From assembly GCA_965644295.1 (NCBI GenBank), contig CBFFRP010000058.1, forward strand, positions 239,561 to 303,560: DNA of 64,000 nt, in the 5' to 3' direction. Below, piece after piece: positions 1 to 13,412 of this stretch; the stretch's first letter is position 1; the number at the start of each line of letters is the position of its first letter. The notes below the pieces were generated by a model. It saw only the letters and a list, made by a program, of their open reading frames with translations, ran no database searches and had not been told where the DNA came from. The position numbers were made by a program, and so were the translations under genes. The DNA is from Paraphysomonas bandaiensis (taxonomy: Eukaryota; Protista; Chrysophyceae).

Positions 1-1620
1 TATAACATATACATATAACATGCACCCCTATATATAACATATACATATAACATGCTCCCCTATATATAACATATACATATAACATGCACCCCTATATATA
101 ACATATACATATAACATGCACCCCTATATATAACATGTACATATCTATATAACATATATATATATATAGCACCCCCCCTATATATATAACATATACATAT
201 AACATGCACCCCTATATATAACATATACATATAACATGCTCCCCTATATATAACATATACATATAACATACACCCATATGAATATAGAACATATACATAT
301 AACGTGCACCCCTATATATAACATATACATATAACATATATATATATATATCACCCCCCCCCTATATATAACATATACATATAACATACACCCATATGAA
401 TATAGAACATATACATATAACATGCACCCCTATATATAACATATACATATAACATGCACCCCTATATATAACATATACATATAACATGCTCCCCTATATA
501 TAACATATACATATAACATGCACCCCTATATATAACATATACATATAACATGCACCCCTATATATAACATATACATATCTATATAACATATATATATATA
601 TAACACCACCCCTATATATAACATATACATATAACATGCTCCCCTATATATAACATTCACCCCTATATATAACATATACATATAACATGCTCCCCTATAT
701 ATAACATATACATATAACATATATATATATATATCACCCCCCCCCTATATATAACATATACATATAACATACACCCATATGAATATAGAATATATACATA
801 TAACATGCACCCCTATATATAACATATACATATAACATGCACCCCTATATATAACATATACATATAACATGCTCCCCTATATATAACATATACATATAAC
901 ATGCACCCCTATATATAACATATACATATAACATGCACCCCTATATATAACATGTACATATCTATATAACATATATATATAAATAGCACCCCCTATATAT
1001 ATAACATATACATATAACATGCACCCCTATATATAACATATACATATAACATGCTCCCCTATATATAACATATACATATAACATACACCCATATGAATAT
1101 AGAACATATACATATAACGTGCACCCCTATATATAACATATACATATAACATATATATATATATATATATCACCCCCCCCCTATATATAACATATACATA
1201 TAACATACACCCATATGAATATAGAACATATACATATAACATGCACCCCTATATATAACATATACATATAACATGCACCCCTATATATAACATATACATA
1301 TCTATATAACATATATATATATATAACACCCCCCCTATATATAACATATACATATAACATGCTCCCCTATATATAACATTCACCCCTATGAATATATAAC
1401 ATATACATATAACATACACCCATATGAATATAGAACATATACATATAACATGCTCCCCTATATATAACATATACATATCTATATAACATATACATATAAC
1501 ATACACCCATATGAATATAGAACATATACATATAACATGCACCCCTATATATAACATACACTCTTATGAATATATAACATATACATATACATGTAACACA
1601 CACCCATATATATAGCATAG
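1..1620. repeat. Minisatellite of ~32-bp units (TATAACATATACATATAACATGCACCCCTATA and variants), probably intronic in the DnaJ gene
   Basis: Unit repeats directly throughout; shared variants recur about 815 bp apart (CATGTAC at ~134 and ~951, AACGTGC at ~301 and ~1116). The ORFs here are low-complexity artefacts. Confidence 0.95.
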
Positions 1621-1746
1621 ACTCATATGAATATATACATTTTCACAAATATGTATATATATGACTCTGATACCTAGCATACACATAACATACGCTGTTT
1701 CTGTATATATATTACAAACACGTGTTTATATAACATGTATATATAG

Positions 1747-3393
1747 GCTTATCAAGTTCTCTCAGATCCTAATAAGAGAAGACAGTATGATCTAGATGGA
1801 TTGATCGAAGAAGGTGAAGAGTACAGTGGATTAGATGTTCAAAATCTTGGAGGGATAGGTCGGGTTTTTGGTGCTATGATCAGCCGTTTTGGGGTTCCTC
1901 TTCAAACGCAAATATGCCAAAATGTATTGAAAACTGCATCTGCAATATGCAGGTCAGTGATTAAGCTACCATATAATTTACACAGTATCTGATATTTAAA
2001 CGTATGATTGTTTAGCAATGGCGGTATTGTCGGTGGGGGCACTCCCCTAGACAGCAGGGTTCAAGATTTAGTTTGGGGTTGGAGTTTCGATGGCAAAGTA
2101 GGGCGACAAGATGCAGTGTTTTATCGTATCACTGTTGACCAGCATAAGGCAGAGAATGGTTTTATTGTATTTTGTCGTAGTCTCACAGGAAAATTTAAAT
2201 TGGTGATGTTTGACTGCGAAGGAAGTGTAATGCATATTGAGGAGTCATTGAGGTACTTGTGACTAATAGTAGACGCTATCTGATAGAAATTGTTATTACA
2301 TCGTTCTTTTTTTGCCCAGGTCACGAGATGGGTCTCAGTGGGAAACTGCCTTATACTTTACCACTGCGTTCCCTACCTATCACTTGGCACCTCCCTTGCC
2401 GCCTTCCCTTCGCGAAGAAGACCTTCCAGCTGTATTTGGGTCCCTGGAGGTGTTTGACCCCTGCAATCTTCCCATATCCCCAGGACAGTACCTCGTGTGT
2501 GTGTACGGGGACAATTTTATTGGAAAAACGTCCTATAATTTGCTCGCCGTGCCTACTCTAAATGAGTGCGATGAGGTTGTCAGTAGTTCTTGTGTTGATG
2601 TGTTGTGCCTCATAGCCTCATTTCAGGCTAAGGATGTGCAAAAATTGGACAAGGCAGTTTTGAAAGCCCGGGCTAAACTCTCTGATCTGAAAGAGGAGTA
2701 TATTAAGGTTTGTGATGGCGGGAACTATGGAGCTGGAATCTGACAAATTTGCAGGCCAAAGAGGCCTTTGAGAGAGTGAGTAGACAGGTCAAGGTTGAAA
2801 GTGCTGAGGTGGATGACCTGATAGAGAGACGTGAGTTCGCCTATAGGTACGTCGCGTGACAATCCTTGGCGATGCATTGACATATATACAGCTCATTTAT
2901 GGTATCCTCCGCGAATGCATTTCTTCCTTCTGTGTGTCCTCCAGAAGGGAAATCTGCTACTGGAACGAGAGACGCAGGTGCAGGGTCTGGAGTAGATGAT
3001 GTAGTGCAACAGGCGACTGCCACTGCAGCTGCTGCCGGAGGTTGGATGGCTTCAACGTTTTCATGTAAGATCGTATGTGCACTCGTTGGACGATGTCTAA
3101 CAAATTTCATAGCTGGATTGCTACAATTTAACAAACTGATGAGTGGAGGTGGTGCTAGTGACCAGAGTAAGCACTCTGCATCCATTCCTTCAACTACACC
3201 TTCATACGACCCCGCAAAGGGTCTGGGTGAAGAAGAGTCAGACCAAGGTGAAGATAATGATGAAGAAGGAGTCCTGTCATTCGATGAGATCGAAGAAGAG
3301 CCGTTGTCACCCCAATCTGATGAGTACGTAGAAGCAGTAGTGGAAGCACAAGACACGAATGATGCGGAAAGCTTTGACGATGCAGAACGCTAA
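1747..3393 (+). CDS. DnaJ/Hsp40 protein of ARG1/DnaJ15-16-like type (5' exons not in the window; multi-exon)
   Basis: After the acceptor atatag the exon reads AYQVLSDPNKRRQYDLDG (end of a J domain), then LGGIGRVFGAMISRFGVPLQT and YLVCVYGDNFIG, resembling plant ARG1-like J proteins. A coiled coil and acidic tail follow; several short GT-AG introns. Confidence 0.75.
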
Positions 3394-4095
3394 CATGATG
3401 TTGGTTCTCGACTGCAATTGTATAGACAGGGGAGCTGGCTAGAAAGGGGTGCTCACGCGTAGAGGATGTGTTTGTTACTTGGACAACGATTTCGGTGACT
3501 TTTGCTTGCATACGTTGATGCGATAAGTGTAGATATCATACTATGTATCAATATCGAATATCGAATATTTTATTAATGAATAATGTTCTGCATGACTATG
3601 GTCCGACTTCTCTTGTCGATGATTCAACAACACATTGTATTACAGAATAGTCCAGGGTTATAGTCATATTCAACCAACACCGTCCTGGATGATATTAATC
3701 GGTGTTTACTATTGTGTTTATTACAAAAGGTGTATATTGCGAAGAATAATAGGCTGTTATTAGTTATTAGACTTACTTGTGTTGAACAAAGCATTTTAAA
3801 AGAGCTGCGCACATGAAAGAAATATTTATTCGTATTTCGTATAAAATCTATGTTGCTTGCTCATATTCGAAAGAGCAGTCATATCACATCTACCGCCAGT
3901 AAAATATAAGCTTATCCCTGTGCTAGTGAACTAAATCTGAACTCTAAATCTAAATTTACAAATATACTCGTGTGAGTCAACTGTTGAGAAACCATCGTGC
4001 ACCAAATCATTAAATTACTTATATTTCAATCTTTTCTCATCACAGAAAGATACATCATCAACCACTCTGCGGAAAACAAAAGTCACACAGAAAAT

Positions 4096-7000
4096 TTATA
4101 GAGCAGCACGAATGGCTTCGAGACTCTTCTTCGCATCTCCGAGAAGCATATCATTGTTGGATTTGTAGAACACAGGGTTGTCAACACCTACAACAAAATG
4201 CAAATAAATAGAATACTACAATTATCAATAGAACTAACCGGCATATCCTGATGCCATTGATCTCTTCATAAAGATAGATTGCTTAGCCTTCCACACCTGA
4301 ATAACAGGCATGCCAGCAATGGCGCTGTTGGGATCATCTTCAGCAGCACAGTTGACTGTGTCATTAGCCCCAACCACAACACATACATCAACCTCAGACA
4401 TTTCTTCGTTGATTTCGTCCATCTCATATACCATGTCATATGGCACACCAGCTTCCGCCAACATAACATTCAACTGACCAGGCATGCGTCCAGCAACCGG
4501 GTGAACAGCGAACTTGACGTCCTTTCCTTCCTTTCTGAGTTGAAGAGCAATTTCAGCAACCACACCGGCAGCTTGGGCAACAGCGAGTCCATATCCGGGA
4601 GTAATAACAATTTTCTCAGCATTCTTGAACATTTCGGCAGCATCAGTGGGTGTAATTTCGGTGTGCACTCTCTCTTCTGCAGACATACTTTTGGCCTAAG
4701 ACATGGTCACATTGTTGGGACAATACGCTGATAAACAAATACCTGTCCGGCGACGGTTCCGAAACCACCTAGGATGACATTAGGAAGAGATCTGTTCATT
4801 GCCTCACACATAATACGTGTGAGGAATGCACCAGATGAGCCAATGAGGGCACCAACAACAGTCAGAAGAGGTTGGTCAAGAATGAATCCCTCTGCACAAA
4901 AAATCACAACGTCAGATACAAGCAATTCATGCAAACAATTCAAAACCTGCACATAATGCCCATCCAGAATAAGAATTGAGCAGGGTTATAACCACAGGCA
5001 TATCTGCTCCCCCAATTGAAGCAGTCATATGGAAACCTAGAGCACCACTGCTTGCAGTTCCCGCGGCAAGGCACAAAGCGGCCGTAGTAGGGTCGGCAGT
5101 CGCACAGAAGCCAATAAGAGACGCCATGGACACAGCGCCGAGAGACATATTGATCGCATCCCTGCCGGGGAGCATCAAAGCATCAGAACTCAGCTTCTCA
5201 GATAGCTTTCCATAGGCAATAATTGATCCCGTGCAAGTAATGGCACCCATCCAAGCACCGAGATAAGTGGATACGTTATGGAAAGTGCTCAGATGAGCAG
5301 CGTCATGCACAAGGAAATCTCCTACAGCTGTCATTGTGGCAGCGATGCCGACAAGAGAATGAAATCCTGCAACAGCCTGAGGTAGTTCAGTGGGCCCGAT
5401 TTTGGTAGAAAGGTAGTACCCAATGCCACCACCAGCACCACAAAGCATAGCGAGCTGTCCGTAGACCGTAGCATGCTCAGGGTGCATATACATCAGAGTA
5501 GCTGCAACGCCAGAGGCAATACCACCCATCCCGACGGAAATGCCGAGTCTGGCAGTCTGCTGGGAAGATAAGCACGAAATTCCACCAACACACCCAAGTG
5601 CAGAGCCAAGCGCAAGCATAGGGGCAAGAGATACGGGCGCAATTCCACTAGCCATTGCCGCACCACTGCCGAATATGGCGACGGCTCCAGGAAGAAGGTA
5701 ATAATGATTGTACTCTGGAGGATCGTCCGGTCGACGGAACATGTCAAGCATCTTCTTTGTCACAATGGTACCACCAGAAAGATTAACAGCCGAAAGACCA
5801 ACAGCACTGGCAGCCAAAAACTGAGGGACACTGTGAGGTACCATTCCACCTCCCATCTGGAGCATGCCACCCACAATGGTCATACCCGAAATGGCATTAG
5901 TCATAGCCATCAAAGGAGAGTGAAGAGAATGAGTTACGCCCTAAATAAAAAGTGTAAGTGTGACACAAGAACTGCAACACAGCAACACGTATTACCAACC
6001 TGTACACATGAGTTTCCGACCCAGCATGAGAGTGCGAAGGTCGACATCATAGCAGGGTTTGGAACATTAGAAGCGAGGGCGAGCATAGAAGAAGTAGCTG
6101 CAGTAGTAGCAAGGGCGTTCTTCATGTATACACGCTGCGGGTCTTCAGGGACAGGCTCCTTAACACCGATAAGTTTACAGAAGGATTTTGAAAAAGACAA
6201 CTCACCTCTTTCTTGGCCTCTGTGGTAGCAGCAGCTGGAGCGGCGGGAGGAACGTAAGGGGAAAGTTCCTTACCGTCAATCGCGACACACACGGAGCGCA
6301 CAGCAGGATCTTCGAGGTTTACCTGTAGTTATAGTTGTACTGCTAAGAAAAGAGAGAAAATACACACGTCACGCTTACTTTCCACGTCTTAGTTTCCTTA
6401 TCTGTCATGCTCAACAGGAAGTTGGTCACATTGCCACCAAATAGAGACGACGCTGTGGAAGCCATCCTGCTCTCCATGTTGGTGTACCCTACGCAAGTAA
6501 TACCTTTGTGCTCAACAACCTTCCCCGGCTCAGTAGTCTCCACATTTCCACCTGCTGGGGCCGCGAGGTCCACAGTTACACCACCCCGAGGCATGGCTTC
6601 CACCATATTCTTTTTGATCAACACAGGCGCCTTCCTACCAGGAATCAGTGCGGTAGTGATGACGACATCCATATTTTTCAATTCATTGAGAAGCATCTTG
6701 TCTGCTGCCTCAAACCATTCCTTGCTCATTTCTTTCGCATATCCCCCAGCTCCCGAGCCATCCTCTTTAAAGTCCACCTCCAAGAACTTCGCCCCAACCG
6801 ATTCAACTTGTTCTTTAGCGGCAGAACGTACATCAAACCCGTAAACAATAGCACCCTTCTTCTTAGCAAGTTGCATGGCAGCAAGACCAGCAACTCCAGC
6901 GCCAACAACAAGTACCTTAGCGGGAGGAATCTTGCCAGCAGCAGTGGACTGGCCAGCAAATGGGCGTTGCATATGGTGGGCCGCTTCGATAACTGCACGG

Positions 7001-7552
7001 TACCCCGCAACATTAGCCTGTGAGGAAAGGACATCGAATGCCTGTCCTCTAGAGAGCGTTCGAAGCAAGGAGTCAAGAGAGAGGACAGTTGATTTCTGCT
7101 TAACCAGTTGAGACATGAGATCTGTGTTCACACGGGGCTGGATAATCGAACAAATTGCACGATTTTCAAGTTTTGCTGCTTCTTCAGCAGTTGGAGGACG
7201 AACCTAACATCAAAATAAGTACATCCATATAAAGTTACATATAAAATACAACCTTAGTCACTACTTGAGACTTCCAAATAGCATCCAAAGGTGAGATCTC
7301 AGCACCAGCAGTCTTATAGAGATCATCAGAGAATCCACTGAGCTCTCCTGCATTTGATTCTATTCTAACTTTTGCTCCAGCTTTTGTAAGTTTAGTAACA
7401 TTAGGTGGAGTAATAGCCACACGACATTCACCCTCTAATGTCTCTTTAGGGACTCCAATAGTCAATCCTTGTAATCCACGTACAGTAGATCTTAAATAGG
7501 CATATTTGGCCCTATTTGTATATGAAATAAGACGAGAATTCCTTCGAATCAT
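4096..7552 (-). CDS. NNT: Mitochondrial NAD(P) transhydrogenase (fused alpha-beta), multi-exon
   Basis: Motifs [114 protein letters not shown]. Arg-rich N-terminal presequence; stop TAA at 4096-4098. Confidence 0.97.
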
Positions 7553-7973
7553 TACAACAAATCAAATTGAATCCAATAATAATAATAGAATGTAATATGA
7601 TTGTTGATAATCTATAAGATGATGCAAGAATAGTATATAGAAACATATGCATAATCATAACGAGATCATACATACATAATGCAACAGGATCCTATTCCAC
7701 ATACGATATTAAAAACGTTGCATGAGGATGTAAAATATTCAGGGTTTTTATACATTTAAGAATATTGAGAAGTAATTTTATAAGGTTTTTAGAATGAATT
7801 TTTTAAATAAAGTATGAAAATGTGGTATTTTGATGATTTTTGTTTGGATCTTTGCAATTATTCGCATACGAAAAAAAAAAAGGAACACAACTGATATCTA
7901 TCTATCTTAAAAGGACACTTTATACTTTCAGTTTGTATGGAAATAGATACGTATCTTAACTTTATTAACTCTC

Positions 7974-8118
7974 TCGGCATCCTTTGTATATTTTTGTTCA
8001 GAGATGCCTCTAATATTGAGGCAACAATTATGTGTATTCCAGCCGTAGTTGCATACTAGTAATATAGAAGATTTTGCTTCAATATTTTCCCGAAAAATAA
8101 GATGCTGACTGCCGATAC
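7974..8118 (+). repeat. Dispersed ~145-bp repeat, copy 1 of 4
   Basis: Shares TTTTGTTC..ATGCCTCTAATATTGAG..AGCCGTAGTT..CCGAAAAAT..TGCTGACTGCCGATAC with 14150-14280, 37320-37465 (minus) and 51641-51778. Confidence 0.9.
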
Positions 8119-8168
8119 GGTCTCTCTCTATATACATCCATCCACACATATATATATACATTAATAAC

Positions 8169-9401
8169 ATGTCATCAAGATCACAATCTTATATATGGGA
8201 TATTAATATATTCATTAGTTCATCTCTACTCTTTCATTGGTATTTTCATTTATCAAAGAAACCAAAACTCTATACATCCCAAGCAGCTACATCCCAAGCA
8301 GCTACATCCCAAGCAGCTACATCCCTCTCATCTACTCATACTATACAGCATCTTATCTCACAATGTCCATCATTACATCATATATTCTATCCATCTATAT
8401 TCTTATTTAATCCACATATTCAATTAATTGCATTTGTATTATATAATGAATATAATAATCTATTCCCACCTTATAAGTGGATGATGGAGTCGATTACTAT
8501 GGATGATGGAGAGGCAATGTATTTAGATTGGGTTAATACTATTCCTAATTTCTCTCATTCTGATACTACTCCAATTTTACTTATTCATCATGGTGCTTTT
8601 TCTCACAGCAGAGATTTACCTGGACAATGTTATATCGGTGAGGCATTACGAAGAGGTTGGATTGTGTGTGCCCTTAATCGCAGAGGGCACTACGGAAAGC
8701 TAACTAAACCAAAATTTAATTTATTTGGATGCACTAATGATACACGGTCAATTGTTGAAAATAATATTAAAGCACGTCGACCGAATTCTCGAGTGTTTAT
8801 GATAGGCATATCAGCTGGATCTGCAGTTGTTGCGAGGTATATGGGAGAGCAAGGACTACATCGGAAATCTGAAGCAACACCAATCCTAGGGTTTTGTGAT
8901 GCTGCAGTTGGAGTTAGCCCAGCCTATAACATCGAAGTCTGTATGTCCAGGCTCAAAATGCCGTACTCAGCGAAACTATTGAGTTCAGCGAAACGGTTTC
9001 ATTTGGAGGGAAATAAGGAAATTCTTGAACCATGTGTTTCATATTCTAAGTGCGCAAACACTTCAGATTTACAGTCGTGGATTGAACATTCATGGAGTAT
9101 GGCAGGATTTTCTTCACAGGAAGAGTATTTCGAGTACTCGAACCCAATGCGAGTTTGCAGCCATATTTTGGAGCCTTGTTTATTTATCAATGCTGAAGAT
9201 GACCCTGTCAGTGTTGTAGAAAACGTTTACGAAAACCTACATATCTTCGAAACGGGCGCGTGTGGGGCAGCTCTTGCTCTAACTAAGACTGGCAGTCACT
9301 GCTCTTTCTTGGGGCTCGGAATGACATCGTGGGTTGAGCGTGTAGCTTTTGAATTTTTTGATGCCTTCTTGTCAGAGAAGAGAGAAAAAGAATCTACATA
9401 G
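8169..9401 (+). CDS. Alpha/beta hydrolase, ABHD1/2/3-YheT-like, intronless
   Basis: FNPHIQ, DGEAMYLDW, LLIHHG, NRRGH, nucleophile GISAG, INAEDDPV, TGSHCSF (Ser-Asp-His triad). Contains a small 15-bp tandem repeat encoding TSQAA x3. Confidence 0.9.
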   Translation: MSSRSQSYIWDINIFISSSLLFHWYFHLSKKPKLYTSQAATSQAATSQAATSLSSTHTIQHLISQCPSLHHIFYPSIFLFNPHIQLIAFVLYNEYNNLFPPYKWMMESITMDDGEAMYLDWVNTIPNFSHSDTTPILLIHHGAFSHSRDLPGQCYIGEALRRGWIVCALNRRGHYGKLTKPKFNLFGCTNDTRSIVENNIKARRPNSRVFMIGISAGSAVVARYMGEQGLHRKSEATPILGFCDAAVGVSPAYNIEVCMSRLKMPYSAKLLSSAKRFHLEGNKEILEPCVSYSKCANTSDLQSWIEHSWSMAGFSSQEEYFEYSNPMRVCSHILEPCLFINAEDDPVSVVENVYENLHIFETGACGAALALTKTGSHCSFLGLGMTSWVERVAFEFFDAFLSEKREKEST

Positions 9402-9932
9402 CTTTATGATAAATGATAACTTCGTAATACTGTAACTAATATTTATTAACTGTTTCAACTTTTTAATATGACAAATAGGACGAGCAGAATGTTTTAAAAT
9501 ATAGGAGAATACTCACTTCTTCGTTCTCACACAGTTATTGCTTATTTCACTTTACATACTAAGAGCTAAAGATCCGTATGCCGCTGCAATCGTTTCTTAC
9601 TGACTCAATCAACGCTAGGAAACAGTATAATAATACAGAACAATAGATTGGTATGGAGGCGATTTAGATGTATTACAATCTTATTGATGGTAAATACGTA
9701 AATACTTGTACACACGCAACATGCACATACAGTGCTGGCTCCATGGAGTCACTTATGAACATGATTGAAAATGACTCGGTACAACTATGATCATTAAAGA
9801 GGAATAATAAATTTGCATTGACAATAGGATATAATATACTACAATACCTTTACAATTATTAGTTATAAGAGAATGTAGCCCACGCAAGGCTCGTTTAAGG
9901 GTATAAAAATATTAAGCTTTTACAACTTTGAA

Positions 9933-10457
9933 TCAAAAGCAGCAATCACAGTCAAAGGGACATAAAGGCGTTCCCCCTCCTTCTCCGACCTTAAGTAAAT
10001 GAGCTTTGTACACTGGAAGTCCCGTGGCTTGGTCTATACGCTCTAGTGGCGCCTCCGGGGATATAATACTAACGTTATCAGATTTCATCAGACCATATGA
10101 TGATGTGCTTTCTTGCGGCTTTACTGGACGAGTTGATGAAGACTTGGAAGAATCAACCACTGTCTTCTTTTTCTTTGTCGCTACAGCAAAAATATCATCG
10201 ATTTCCTCTTTGACCCTCTTATTAGTAGTGGGCTGTACATCTTTCTTTACAGCCACATCTGCATTATTTGAGGCATCTTTAGTGGTCTTATTAGTTTTTT
10301 TCTTTTCTACACTATTATTTGTTGCATTTTCCAATGAGGATTTATCTTTTTCTTGCATATTACTATTCACTGTTGTCTTATTGCCTTTGTTATATAGAGC
10401 ATTATCATATAAATTCTTAGGATAACGATGCCTAGAGGGCTTAGATAAGAACCTCAT
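9933..10457 (-). CDS. DUF1764-family protein
   Basis: Lys-rich protein with EEIDDIF and C-terminal GLPVY..GGGTPLCPFDCDCCF, characteristic of DUF1764. Confidence 0.85.
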   Translation of the reverse strand: MRFLSKPSRHRYPKNLYDNALYNKGNKTTVNSNMQEKDKSSLENATNNSVEKKKTNKTTKDASNNADVAVKKDVQPTTNKRVKEEIDDIFAVATKKKKTVVDSSKSSSTRPVKPQESTSSYGLMKSDNVSIISPEAPLERIDQATGLPVYKAHLLKVGEGGGTPLCPFDCDCCF

Positions 10458-10904
10458 ATTGCAAAGGGAGGATTATGAGAAGGTAAGATTGCAGGAGAAG
10501 GATTGTTACGTAGTAGTAGTGTGTGTTGAGGTATTGCCCAGTGGGTGTTATATTGCTATCTATCGAGGGCTTTGACCACAACTGATGGATGTACAGTACA
10601 TATATAAGTACACAACCCCACACCACTAACACATCAGCATGCTGGCTGTACTGATCAATAGGTTAGAACGTACTATAATACATAATAATAGGTACATGTA
10701 CCGCACGATGAGGACTGTATAAGTACTCTTATTCGCTCAGAAACTCAAGGAAGGAAACCGCGATATATCGCGAGTGGTTCTATCTGTACATGGTGTGTCT
10801 CTTCAAGATACGAAATGAGGGAAGTTAACAAAAGAGAGAAAAGTGAGATGTACTGTATGTAAATATGTACTTCACTTCACTTCTCTTTTGTATGCAGACA
10901 TAAG

Positions 10905-11115
10905 ATGGGTAATAATATTATTACAGCTGCAAAGAATGGCGATATCAACAGCGTGAAGAGCTGTGTTGAGTGGGGTTATCGTATCAATGCGAAAGATTGG
11001 GTAATAACGTGTACATGTATACATACAGGTGTACCTACCTACCTACCTACCTACCTACATACATACATACATACATACATACATACATACATACATACAT
11101 ACATACATACATACA

Positions 11116-11149
<34 letters not shown>

Positions 11150-11387
11150 CATACATACATACATACATACATACATACATACATACATACATACATACAT
11201 ACATACATACATACATACATACATACATACATACATACATACATACATACATACATACATACATACATACATACATACATACATACATACATACATACAT
11301 ACATACATACATACATACATACATACATACATACATACATACATACATACATACATACATACATACATACATACATACATACATACA

Positions 11388-11421
<34 letters not shown>

Positions 11422-13412
11422 CATACATACATACATACATACATACATACATACATACATACATACATACATACATACATACATACATACATACATACAT
11501 ACATACATACATACATACATACATACATACATACATACATACATACATACATACATACATACATACATACATACATACATACATACATACATACATACAT
11601 ACAGTTTGATGTTGTACTGATATAGTTTTATAGGAAGGTGAAACAGCTCTTCACTGGGCTGCCGCTAAAGGTCACAAAGATATTGTTGAGTATCTCATCA
11701 GAGAAGGAGCAGATATCAATATACGAGACACTGTAAGTAGCCCCTCTATGCATACATACATACACACGTACATACATATACCTATATGGATACATACATG
11801 CAGAGTCGTGTTTTACTTATATAGTTTTATGTTATGAAGTCTCATTTGTGGATACTGTTATTTATTTTTATAGGGTGGTGAAACAGCTCTTCACTTGGCT
11901 ACCACTCATAGTCACAGAGATATTGCTGAGTATCTTATAAAAGAAGGAGCAGATATCAATATACAAGACGATGTAAGTAACCCCTCTATACATACATACG
12001 CACACACATACATACATATATGCATATAGCGTTCTGTTATATACATATATACAGTTATGTAATGAGGTCTCATATGTGATTACTGTTATTGCTTTATAGA
12101 TTGGTTGGTCAACTCTTCACAAGGCTGCTTTCGGTGGTTTCAGAGAGATAACTGAGTATCTTATTCGAGAAGGAGCAGATATTGACGTACAAAACATAGT
12201 AAGCAAGCCCTCTATACATATATACACACATTCCTATATACATACATACAGAGTTGTTTGTGATTACTGTTATTGTTTTATAGGATGGTTGCACAGCTCT
12301 TAAATTTGCCGCCGAATTTGGTCACAGTGATATAGCTGAGTATCTTATAAAAGAAGGAGCAGAAATAAATATAGCAGACAAAGTATGTGACCCCTTTATA
12401 GACAAATACATTATATACATTGTTATGTTTTATATATACATTTATGTTATGAGGTCTCATATGTGGTTGCTGTTATTGTTTATAGTTTGGTCGTACAGCT
12501 CTTTATGTGGCTGCCACTTTTGGTTTCAGAGATATTACTGAGTATCTTATAAGAGCAGGAGCAAATACGACTGTGCGAAGCCTAGTAAGTAACCCCTCTA
12601 TACACATTGATACATGCATAAATACATATATACGTACAAATGCATACAGTGTTATGTTATAGGGGCTCGTATCTGATTATTGTTTTGTAGGTTGGTGAAA
12701 CAGCTCTTCACAAGGCTGTCTCTAATGGTCACAGAGATATAGTTGAGTATCTTATAAGAGCAGGAGCAGATATCACTGTACAAGACGGAGTAAGTAACCC
12801 CACTATACATATACTTATATATGCATGCAGTGTTGTGTTATATACATATATATGTTACATAGGCTCATTTGTAAATATGCATATTACATACGGACTCATT
12901 ATGTGAATGACGATACATATATATATGTTATGTGGTGATGCACTGTGTCACTTCTTTTATTATGTTTATTGTTATCTTTTGCAGCTTGGAAAGACTCCCG
13001 TTGACTTGGCAAATGATAATGCGATGCGTTCTATCATCAGAAAAGCATATGTTAGTATGCATACTGTATGCTCATCCTATTCGTAGAACCAGAGATATAT
13101 AACATCATTTAAATCATATATCTATTGTATAGGCTGAGAGACAGAGACAGCAAGAAGAGGAAGCTGCTCCTGCAGAGGTATGTGTGTGATGATGGATGTA
13201 GCTATATGGTATTATATGTTAGATATTATTGAAATGGTTGATGTCTTATACTGGTGTGGTGCTTGTTTTGGTTATAATGATATGGACTTAGCTATATGGT
13301 ATGATATGTTAGATATTATTGAAATGGTTGGTGTCTTATACTGGTGTGGTGCTTGTTTTGATTATAATTAATTAATTTCATGTGTATTGTATAGGCTGAG
13401 AGGCAGAGCTAG
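10905..13412 (+). CDS. Ankyrin-repeat protein (~272 aa), one repeat per exon
   Basis: Exons 10905-11000, 11634-11732, 11874-11972, 12100-12198, 12284-12382, 12486-12584, 12691-12789, 12985-13050, 13133-13177, 13395-13412, all GT-AG and phase 0. Six 99-bp exons each encode xGxTALHxAxxxGHxDIxEYLIxxGAxIxxxDx. Confidence 0.9.
11032..11602. repeat. (TACC)n/(TACA)n microsatellite in ankyrin intron 1
   Basis: Nearly pure tetranucleotide array of about 570 bp. Confidence 0.98.
13190..13370. repeat. Two-copy 90-bp direct repeat in the last ankyrin intron
   Basis: GCTATATGGTA..ATATGTTAGATATTATTGAAATGGTTG..TCTTATACTGGTGTGGTGCTTGTTTTG occurs at 13201 and 13291. Confidence 0.9.

Noticed and set aside
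4266-7111. Multiple antisense and alternate-frame ORFs over NNT and over the REJ exon
   Set aside because: Shadow ORFs of genuine coding sequence with no recognisable motifs.
10970-11625. Long HTYI/MYVC ORFs here and at 35.4-35.8, 46.1-46.4 and 58.7-59.1 kb
   Set aside because: Translations of (CATA)n microsatellites.
11634-12789. Repeat-spacer pattern suggestive of a CRISPR array (also 53.7-54.8 kb and 62.0-62.3 kb)
   Set aside because: The repeats are protein-coding units (spliced ankyrin exons or in-frame repeats) in a eukaryotic context, with no cas genes.
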